Shown here piece after piece: positions 1 through 7,159 of a stretch of DNA of 64,000 nt. Origin of the DNA: Giardia intestinalis (taxonomy: Eukaryota). The DNA lies in NCBI GenBank assembly GCA_000002435.2, contig CM018793.1, one strand, 5' to 3'. Below the pieces are notes generated by a model. That model was not told where the DNA came from. It did no database searches and saw only the letters and a list, made by a program, of their open reading frames with translations. Numbering within the stretch: the stretch's first letter is position 1; the number at the start of each line of letters is the position of its first letter. Position numbers and translations under genes: made by a program.

Positions 1-7
1 AATTCAC

Positions 8-607
8 TCAGGTAAAGCGTATCTGGCAGGTTTCCATCGCCCTGGCCCTGCAGTAGGGGCATTTGGCGTCTACACGCATTAGCAGCTCCGCGCAGGAGCT
101 GCAGACGCACAGATGCCCGCAGGGGACGAAGGCGTGCGTGCTCTGCTTATCTAAGCAGACGCAGCACTCCCCGTCGGGCAGCTGCACCCTCTTGACGGCT
201 TTGGGGCGGCGGCGGCGTAGGGCGGCTTGCTGTCTCCTGATTATCGTTTGAGCCTTGGCTAAATCGAAACCAAGGCTTCTCGCTGCCCCTTCCGCCCTAT
301 CAAGCTGCTCGTAGAGCTCAGATAGGGCGGTCCCCGCCGTTGTGTATTTGGCCAGGCGCTGCTCTAAAGAGCACTTCTCTTTCCTGGCCTGCGCGCGCTC
401 TGCCCAAAGCTTTTCGCGGAGCCTCTTCACTTTGAGGCCCCGACGCTTCGCCTGGCTGCTCGCCATTGCGAGCAGCTCTTCGGCCGATCGGAGGAGGTCC
501 AGCTCGTCCACCGTAGTGGAATCGAGCTGGAAATCCTCGTCCGGCGTTTGTGGGAAGCCCACAAAGCCGGGGAAGCCGATCATGCAGTCAAAAGGCGGAG
601 TAGTCAT
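8..607 (-). CDS. C-terminal C3HC4 RING-finger protein (E3 ligase-like) with a coiled-coil middle region
   Basis: 199-aa ORF. The C-terminus reads CCVCLDKQSTHAFVPCGHLCVCSSCAELLMRVDAKCPYCRA, which has C-x2-C...C-x-H-x2-C-x2-C...C-x2-C spacing. The region upstream of the ATG is A-rich. The stop lies inside AGTGAAT (reverse complement of nt 1-12). Confidence 0.7.
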   Translation of the reverse strand: MTTPPFDCMIGFPGFVGFPQTPDEDFQLDSTTVDELDLLRSAEELLAMASSQAKRRGLKVKRLREKLWAERAQARKEKCSLEQRLAKYTTAGTALSELYEQLDRAEGAARSLGFDLAKAQTIIRRQQAALRRRRPKAVKRVQLPDGECCVCLDKQSTHAFVPCGHLCVCSSCAELLMRVDAKCPYCRARAMETCQIRFT

Positions 608-702
608 CTGAACGGGACTTTTTCTCTATTTGCAATTTCAATTTAAAATGCTTCTCCGACGTTTATTATCCCTATACTCGTCAATATAGTGTAAATAAGA
701 AA

Positions 703-1191
703 ATGGGCAAGGTCATAAGAGCAGTAAACAGGACAAAGAAGGGCTATGTAGGCGCCCCGCGCAGCGCCCGCTCGACGGAGGTGGTAATTACGCTGCCTCC
801 GCGCGAGTACAGGCGCCTCAGACGCAGCCTCGGGATGACCCGCCCCCCGCCCGAGTTCGCCGAGAAGGGGCGCATTATAAGACACAATAAGCCCTCCCCG
901 GCGCGCAAACGGGCCAGGATAGCCGCCCTAGAGGCCCTGAGGGCGGCCAGGGAGGAGGAGCTCGCCCGCAAGCGCTTCCCGGAGGACAAGGAGTACATAC
1001 TGAGGATCCTCCGCAAGTGGCTGGGCGAGGCGGCGGCGCACGAGAACGCCCAGATCGTGGACTCCCGCGCCGTCTGCGGGCCGAGGGCCGTCCGCCGCAA
1101 GACCGCCGTCCGCCTCCTCCCTCTGGTGCGCCAGTGGCTGCTGGAGCCCCTCAAGGACCTCGTGGCGAGGCTTGAGGCGGCCGAGAAGTAA
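703..1191 (+). CDS. hypothetical basic protein (162 aa, Arg/Lys-rich)
   Basis: The ATG is preceded by gtaaataagaaa. The stop TAA is embedded in AGTAAAT. The competing overlapping ORFs look like GC-rich frame noise. Confidence 0.5.
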   Translation: MGKVIRAVNRTKKGYVGAPRSARSTEVVITLPPREYRRLRRSLGMTRPPPEFAEKGRIIRHNKPSPARKRARIAALEALRAAREEELARKRFPEDKEYILRILRKWLGEAAAHENAQIVDSRAVCGPRAVRRKTAVRLLPLVRQWLLEPLKDLVARLEAAEK

Positions 1192-1206
1192 ATTGCACCG
1201 TTTACT
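1187..1206. terminator. two-armed stop/poly(A) palindrome AGTAAA-N8-TTTACT shared by convergent genes
   Basis: Stops at 1189-1191 (+) and 1202-1204 (-). Each arm reads AGTAAAY on its own strand. Confidence 0.55.
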
Positions 1207-1675
1207 CGTCGTAGCCCTCCTCGAAGAGGTCCCAGGCATGGTAGAAGCTCTCCAGGGCCGCGCACTTGTCGACGTGCTCGAGCTTGAGCGCCCGCCGCTT
1301 CTCCGGGTCGGGCTCGCGCCAGAAGGCCATCGAGCTGATCTTCTGGAAGGCCCGGAGCGCCCGGATCTGGAGGCGACCGTCCCGGGGCGAGAGGACGGCG
1401 GGGAGCAGCTTCTGGCCGAGGAGCCCCTTCCGCGCCATGTACAGCTCGATCATCTCCGCCCGCCAGCGGGTGAGGCAGCGGATCTGGCCCGCGCGGCGCG
1501 CGCTCCGCCTTCTGAACGCGCGGAGGGGGAGCCTCCCGCGCGGGCACTTATCGCAGCGCAGCCAGAACAGGTGGTCCGAGTAGAACGTGATCAGCTCCCA
1601 GAGCTTCCCCTGGGAGACGGAGGCCGGCTGGGCCAGGATCTCGGGCACGAAGCCGAAGGGAGGGAGGTAGGGCAT
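1202..1675 (-). CDS. hypothetical protein (157 aa)
   Basis: The 308-aa ORF was trimmed to Met152 (MPYLPPFGF...) because that ATG follows gaaagaaaaagggcg and the longer form overlaps the next gene. The stop lies in AGTAAAC. Confidence 0.45.
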   Translation of the reverse strand: MPYLPPFGFVPEILAQPASVSQGKLWELITFYSDHLFWLRCDKCPRGRLPLRAFRRRSARRAGQIRCLTRWRAEMIELYMARKGLLGQKLLPAVLSPRDGRLQIRALRAFQKISSMAFWREPDPEKRRALKLEHVDKCAALESFYHAWDLFEEGYDE

Positions 1676-1775
1676 CGCCCTTTTTCTTTCCCGTCCGCAG
1701 AAGCCGATTTGAAGTGGTTTGCAACACATATGTTGCTTGGCCGTTCTGCAACACATATGCTGCCGCGAATAAATA
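1676..1775. promoter_or_regulatory. divergent promoter region with a duplicated GCAACACATATG(T/C)TGC inverted-repeat motif
   Basis: 100-bp spacer between divergent ATGs. The sequence is ttgcaacacatatgttgc...ctgcaacacatatgctgc. The first copy is GCAACA-cata-TGTTGC (6-bp arms). aataaataATG lies at the right end. Confidence 0.4.
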
Positions 1776-4205
1776 ATGACGCGGCGCATCCAGTGCGGAG
1801 GCTCCAGCCTCGAGATCGACCCGCTGACCGGCGAGCTCTCCTTCGAGGACTTCCTGAACACGGCAGAGCCGCCCGAGCAGGACCCGATGCCCGTCCCGAA
1901 GATCGACGTCGGAGGATCGCTGGAGATACTTAACAGCCCGATTGTCGAGGCTATCTTCGGCGACGTCCTTGATAAGCTAGATCTTTTCAAGAAAGATGTC
2001 GACGCGTTCATTGCGATGCTCAAGCAGAAGACGAAGAACGCGATCAATTGGGGGTTAGCGTTAGTCGGCGTGACGACTGTCTCGGGCCTCATGGTCGTCA
2101 TGGTGAGAGAGATCACCATGGCCATCAAGCGCTGGCAGCGAACGAGAGAGTATCAGGACAGTCAGCAGCCAGAAGCCCAGCCGAAGATGATCTCCAAGGA
2201 GAACATGGAGAAGAAGGACGAGATCAGCGAGATTAGCGGCGAAGATGTGGAACCGCCGAGTCTCGGGGAGTACGAGGAGCAGGTGTATGACGAGAACGGC
2301 AACGCCATGTTGAATCCTGACGGCTCGCCGTTGACAAAGACAGTCGTTATCCCCCTCGATCGGGACATCTCCGACCAGTACGACCCAATTCCCGAACCCG
2401 ATGACATCTCAGAAGAGGAAGAGGAGATAGAAGAGGACGAAGTGGAAGAGGAGCCGCCCATCAAGATAACTGATGAGCTGATCAGCGATATCTTCTGGGA
2501 GTTCGACAAGCAGCCCATCCTCAACGAAGAGAACTTCGAGTTCCTCTACGACAGCGGCGTTTACATCATTCACATCCCCCACGTATATATGAAGCGTACA
2601 TGCAAGTTGGGCGGCGACTATGCGGCCTATCCCTGCAAGATGATCGAAAGCATCATCGGACCTGCCTTATGGGACAGATACGGCCATACATTCAAACTGC
2701 GCTTTCCAAACTGCTCACATCAAGTATCTGGTCCCATGGGCACTGAAATCTGTTGTAAGTGTCATATGAATGATTCAGTTCATTGGAGGATACGCGTAAT
2801 ACCGGACGATCAGCCTATATGGTATAACAACGACTGCACGTGCGGCGCTAATTGCAGTTGTCGTTGCCATACCAAGACTCCAGAGAGCGTCTTCACCGTA
2901 ACATACAATTGCGTTTTTTGGTGTGTTCCCTGTGCCACAAGATGTATCTATACCCAGTACGAATCTGACTGTTGGACTCATTACAATTTTTCCACGGATC
3001 GGGGCTTTAGATCAGAAAGTGTCGCCGATAGTAACGGTTTTAGTTCTGCATATATAATACCCGCAGGTAAAAAAATCATACGTTATGAGAGCGAAAACAA
3101 GAACTACCCATATAACTCGCGCGAGTGCTGTGACTTCTGCAAGGTGATGAAGAATTACTTTTACGAAACCGAGGGCTACAAGCTGCACCGCACCAACACA
3201 GAGGTCTACATCTTCTTCTCCCGCGGCGAGAACTCGACAATCTTCGAGAAATGCAACGACCTCTTCAATGGCTATGTGTCCCAGAAGATCCACGACCTTC
3301 TTTCAGACTGGGACGCTGGCAACAATAAGATCATGAATCGACTCAGCATCGACTGTAAGTGCGATGTGAAGCGGCCGCGCTGCACGGACGTCTTCCGAGG
3401 CCTGGGAGAGGTCCATGCTGATACCGTTGGTTTCCTAAAAGGCCATGCCCAGAAGGTCAAATGGATATACCTCCCCGACTACGATTCAAATCTCGGCTTG
3501 CCTTGGTGGTATGACGACCCGCACGACTACCAATCGATCTCGAAGGTCTGCGCATTCGAGGGCTTCCTCGAGCGCAACATCCCCGAGCACGTCATCCGCT
3601 TCTACTCTTACCGCAGACTCACAGACAAGAAGTGGTTCGGGAACCTCTACAAGCAGATCTGCGATGCGATACTCTTGGATTACCCAGACATGCCTGCGGG
3701 CATTGGGGCTGCTGCGCAGAAGTGGAAGGACTTCAACGCATGGAAAGGCATTGATAAGATGCTCAGCGACGTCGTTCCGGTTAAACAGATATATCCCGAA
3801 CAGGTTTATCCTGAGACGCGGCTCTTCACTAGCAAGCCGGCCAACTGGAACCAGCTGAAGCAGCGCGGCGCGAGTTGGACCGGCGAAGTAGAGCCAGAGC
3901 TCGCGTCCTTCAAGCGCTACCTCGACCTCCTCAACAAGTACTACCCGGGCTGGTGGGAGTTCCGGGAGACGCAGGAGCTCGGCTGGTGGGACAATTTCTG
4001 GACCCAGATACCCGACCTCAGGGACCTTGAGCGGACCTCCATCTTCTACTACGAGGACCTCACCATTGACGAGACCCACTATGAGATATACGGCGAACCT
4101 CCTTGGTGGCGCAGTTTCTGGGGGCCGACGATACGAGACAAGGCGCCCGACCCGGAGAGGCCGCGCACATACGAGGAAACAGTTGAAGTGGCAAGTCGAT
4201 ATTAG
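1776..4205 (+). CDS. membrane-anchored protein with an acidic linker, a Cys-rich central domain and a Trp-rich C-terminus (809 aa)
   Basis: A single hydrophobic span, WGLALVGVTTVSGLMVVMV, lies near aa 92-115. An EEEEEIEEDEVEEE tract follows. CxC/CxxC clusters are dense (CTCGANCSCRCH, CVFWCVPCATRC). The C-terminus has PGWWEF..GWWDNFW..PPWWRSFW. The stop lies in TAGTGAAT. Confidence 0.7.
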   Translation: MTRRIQCGGSSLEIDPLTGELSFEDFLNTAEPPEQDPMPVPKIDVGGSLEILNSPIVEAIFGDVLDKLDLFKKDVDAFIAMLKQKTKNAINWGLALVGVTTVSGLMVVMVREITMAIKRWQRTREYQDSQQPEAQPKMISKENMEKKDEISEISGEDVEPPSLGEYEEQVYDENGNAMLNPDGSPLTKTVVIPLDRDISDQYDPIPEPDDISEEEEEIEEDEVEEEPPIKITDELISDIFWEFDKQPILNEENFEFLYDSGVYIIHIPHVYMKRTCKLGGDYAAYPCKMIESIIGPALWDRYGHTFKLRFPNCSHQVSGPMGTEICCKCHMNDSVHWRIRVIPDDQPIWYNNDCTCGANCSCRCHTKTPESVFTVTYNCVFWCVPCATRCIYTQYESDCWTHYNFSTDRGFRSESVADSNGFSSAYIIPAGKKIIRYESENKNYPYNSRECCDFCKVMKNYFYETEGYKLHRTNTEVYIFFSRGENSTIFEKCNDLFNGYVSQKIHDLLSDWDAGNNKIMNRLSIDCKCDVKRPRCTDVFRGLGEVHADTVGFLKGHAQKVKWIYLPDYDSNLGLPWWYDDPHDYQSISKVCAFEGFLERNIPEHVIRFYSYRRLTDKKWFGNLYKQICDAILLDYPDMPAGIGAAAQKWKDFNAWKGIDKMLSDVVPVKQIYPEQVYPETRLFTSKPANWNQLKQRGASWTGEVEPELASFKRYLDLLNKYYPGWWEFRETQELGWWDNFWTQIPDLRDLERTSIFYYEDLTIDETHYEIYGEPPWWRSFWGPTIRDKAPDPERPRTYEETVEVASRY

Positions 4206-4215
4206 TGAATTTACT
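4204..4215. terminator. stop/poly(A) palindrome AGTGAATTTACT shared by convergent genes
   Basis: Stops at 4203-4205 (+) and 4214-4216 (-). Arms are AGTGAAT (+) and AGTAAAT (-). Confidence 0.55.
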
Positions 4216-7090
4216 AATAACTGATGTTTATAGCCGGGTTCTTTGCCCAGTACCAGATCTTCACCCGGTTACCTGAGCCAAGGGATCTCGAATTCGACCA
4301 TGTTAATCGTAGGTTAATGTACGAATCGCTAGTATAGTCCGACCACGAGACTATGATTGTGTCATATGTACTAACGCGACAATCATACGCCTGGATCGAG
4401 ACAATGTCGTCATTGGATCTGCTCTGCATGTCGCTCGGAAAGTCCGCGAGATTCAGTCGCATGAACCCGTTGCCGTCGGTCGTCTGACTCGGCACAAAGC
4501 TCTTCAGCAGACACGGCGTCTTGAGGGCGTTGCATATCCGCTCTGAGTAGCTGCACAGCGTCTCACAGTCAGTAATCCGGCTCAGCTGATTAGAGAGCTG
4601 AGAGGTGTTCTGAGCGATAGAAGCCAGAGCACCCGTGATCTTACCAGCTTGCTGACTGACGTTGTTCGAGATGACCTGCACCTGGTTGTAGAGCTGGTTA
4701 TAACAACTAATGTGCGAGTTCAGAGACGATTGGACACCGCTAATGCGATTCGTGTTCCCTAAGACAGAGTCCCAAATGCCGCGCTCATTCGACTCAAGCG
4801 CATTGATGCGAGTCTCCAGAGCAGGCACATTTCCAACATTGCCATCAAGACGAGTAAGGCTCTCTCGAATCTCGCTGATGCTCTGGTCGACTGCTGTCAT
4901 GTGGCGGTCATGTGCATCTAAGGCGTCCTGCGTAGAGTCTCTCAAGCTCTCTAGTCGACCGTTTATCTCTCTCGCTGAATTGTTAACTGCATCGATAGTA
5001 GTCGCGAACTCTGTCGTTGTCCTCTCTAACGAACCTATCTTCACCTCAGATGCTTCCACTGTCCTGCTCATCCGAGACAGCGATGAAGAGAAGGCTGCAT
5101 TGTCTGTCTCAAAGACGCCTACCTTTTCAGCGAGCCTTCGGATGATCTCGTCCTGTGCAGCAAGGCGTTCTTCAAAAGCGCTTGCCTTTGCGCGCTCCTC
5201 TTCTAACTGTCTCTCAAGAGAGTCGATACGCGCTGCCGTTAATTGAGCGCCCACCTTTGCCTCGACCTTCTGCTGGTCGATGAGCTCTCTGAGATAGTTG
5301 TACGCGCCCTCGAGGTCTCTCTTGATCGTCATAGCATCGATCAGACCTCCCTCGAAGTCGGGAACTGAGATGTCGTTCCGCTCAAAGAACTGTGCGACAA
5401 TGGTCATCAGAATCTCCATGCGGTTCCGGAACTCCATGAGACTGTCCTGGTTACCCTCGAGCACGCTCACGCGGTCCTTCGTTTCATCTAACTGAACGCG
5501 GTCATCGTCAGTGTGACTCGTCAAGTCCCGAATACGCTCTTCAGCTCGCTTTACTTCCAAATGGGTCAAGGTCATATCATCGTTTATGTGTGAGAACTCA
5601 TCCCAAATGAACTGGAAGCGTTTATAAAGATCATCAGTCAGAAACTTGTATATCTTGCCGAACTTATAGTCATGCTGGTCGAGGCGGTACTTCGCTTCCA
5701 CTGCATATGTAAGGGCTACCGCAGCGACGACGCCAAGACACGCGTCTATCACATATCCGGTAATCAAGTTAATCAGATTCAGCTTCCGGAAAAGACCGCC
5801 CCCTGCGGCGATAATAGTATCAAACTCGCCGAGCTTATCCTTCATCAGATCTTCCTTCGTGAACGTCTTCTTCTTGATGAGATCGATCTGGCCCTCGGCG
5901 CGCTTGATGCGAGCCTCTAGAGTCTTCCGCTGCTTCTCGAGACGGTTGATCTTTGAATCGGCTTTCATTGCGTGCTTAGCAAGATAACGCGTTTGATGTG
6001 AGATGCGTCCCTTGCTAAGCTTCTTGAGACTCTTAATGGCTGTAACGTTACCGCCGATCTTGTAGTACTTTCCGAGGTGCTTGCGAAGACCATTGTCCTC
6101 GTCGCCGTCCTCATCGAAGCCCTGAAGCTGTCGATAGAGCCACATTGTCTGCTGGTTGAGCGAGGCGGCCATGAAGTCTGCACGAGACACGCGACCATCG
6201 GGAGAGAGCTTCTGATTGCTGCGACCAGCAAGCGACCCGCCGACCATCTGATAGATATACTGGATCTGCTCGATGACCGGTTGGCTCTTCAAATCGTCTT
6301 CGCTAATAGCGCCCGTCACGCCCTTGATGGAGATATCAGCATCTCTTGCAGCTCGCAGCCCAAACGTCTCAGGCTTCTTTATCTTACGTGGCTTCTTCGG
6401 CTCCTTTGGCTTCCTCTCCTTCTTGAGCTTCTTCTTCTTATCTGTAAGCGGCAGAAGGTCCTCCCGAAAAGCATAGTTGCCCCTTACCATCCACGTGACA
6501 GCAAGGATCTTCTGAACAATCGTCAGGTCGCGCAAATAGTCGAGCTTGTTCGGCGCATTCATATAGTCCTCCGGCTGGAAGTTGTTGTTGAAGCCGACCA
6601 TTGGGACCGACTTGACCTTCGGCTTCGAGAGAGTCTGCCCGGTTAGAGACATCGTATAGAGATCCGCAGGCACAGTCTTGAAGCCCAGTATCTCCTCCAT
6701 GAACTTCACTAGAAACGCTAGACACGGACCCTTCACCGGAGACTCTCCGTCGAAGGCATTGCCGTTCCAGTTCTTGATTTCATAGTTCTCATGATTACAA
6801 TAGTACTTGATGCACTTCTTTCGCTGAGCGGGGTCAAGAAGCTGCACGGCGCAGTGTATTGTCTTCCCGCCAAAGTACCCCGATATGCAGTGAGTCTTGC
6901 TGAGATTCAGGTTAGACCCAAACAGAGCTTTGCGTTCGTCAGGCACTAAGGCACACTGCATCACGTAGTCTTTGATGAGGTTATAATGATACGATGAGAG
7001 TGCGCTGACCTTATCTGCGAACGACTGCATCGACTCTGTCGTCATGAAGACGCCGTCGAGCTGCTCCCTGCGGATGATGAGGTTGTTCAT
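4214..7090 (-). CDS. large protein (958 aa): N-terminal domain, basic KKKKLKKERKPKEPKKPRKIKKPE tract, one central hydrophobic span, long coiled coil and a beta-rich C-terminal head (fibre/spike-like architecture)
   Basis: Uninterrupted 958-aa ORF. The hydrophobic segment is LINLITGYVIDACLGVVAAVALTYAV. About 350 aa of heptad-like sequence follow (RIDSLERQLEEERAK, KIGSLERTTTEF, ETRINALESNERG). The terminal ~100 aa are rich in S/T/Y/W (VSWSDYTSDSYINLRLTWSNS...KIWYWAKNPAINISY). Confidence 0.75.
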   Translation of the reverse strand: MNNLIIRREQLDGVFMTTESMQSFADKVSALSSYHYNLIKDYVMQCALVPDERKALFGSNLNLSKTHCISGYFGGKTIHCAVQLLDPAQRKKCIKYYCNHENYEIKNWNGNAFDGESPVKGPCLAFLVKFMEEILGFKTVPADLYTMSLTGQTLSKPKVKSVPMVGFNNNFQPEDYMNAPNKLDYLRDLTIVQKILAVTWMVRGNYAFREDLLPLTDKKKKLKKERKPKEPKKPRKIKKPETFGLRAARDADISIKGVTGAISEDDLKSQPVIEQIQYIYQMVGGSLAGRSNQKLSPDGRVSRADFMAASLNQQTMWLYRQLQGFDEDGDEDNGLRKHLGKYYKIGGNVTAIKSLKKLSKGRISHQTRYLAKHAMKADSKINRLEKQRKTLEARIKRAEGQIDLIKKKTFTKEDLMKDKLGEFDTIIAAGGGLFRKLNLINLITGYVIDACLGVVAAVALTYAVEAKYRLDQHDYKFGKIYKFLTDDLYKRFQFIWDEFSHINDDMTLTHLEVKRAEERIRDLTSHTDDDRVQLDETKDRVSVLEGNQDSLMEFRNRMEILMTIVAQFFERNDISVPDFEGGLIDAMTIKRDLEGAYNYLRELIDQQKVEAKVGAQLTAARIDSLERQLEEERAKASAFEERLAAQDEIIRRLAEKVGVFETDNAAFSSSLSRMSRTVEASEVKIGSLERTTTEFATTIDAVNNSAREINGRLESLRDSTQDALDAHDRHMTAVDQSISEIRESLTRLDGNVGNVPALETRINALESNERGIWDSVLGNTNRISGVQSSLNSHISCYNQLYNQVQVISNNVSQQAGKITGALASIAQNTSQLSNQLSRITDCETLCSYSERICNALKTPCLLKSFVPSQTTDGNGFMRLNLADFPSDMQSRSNDDIVSIQAYDCRVSTYDTIIVSWSDYTSDSYINLRLTWSNSRSLGSGNRVKIWYWAKNPAINISY

Positions 7091-7159
7091 TATTTATTTT
7101 CCCCACTCACACCAACCATTTGAAAGTGGAATCTGTTCTGAGAAAATAAAATGACGTAA
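7091..7159. promoter_or_regulatory. conserved bidirectional intergenic cassette (copy C1) with a 2-codon uORF ATG-ACG-TAA abutting the polB ATG
   Basis: The sequence is tatttattttcc...CCAACCATTTGAAAGTGGAATCT...GAGAAAATAAAATGACGTAAATG. Related cassettes lie at 11795-11867, 18294-18365 and 19231-19343, with an orphan at 20700-20747. Confidence 0.5.

Noticed and set aside
744-1933. Overlapping ORFs 744-1547 (-), 928-1239 (-), 1172-1933 (+) and 1266-1583 (+), and the long form of 1202-2128 (-)
   Set aside because: They are Arg/Pro/Gly/Ala-rich frame noise in GC-rich sequence. They conflict with the ORFs that have proper A/T-rich starts and stop-embedded AGTAAAY motifs (703-1191 +, 1202-1675 -, 1776-4205 +).
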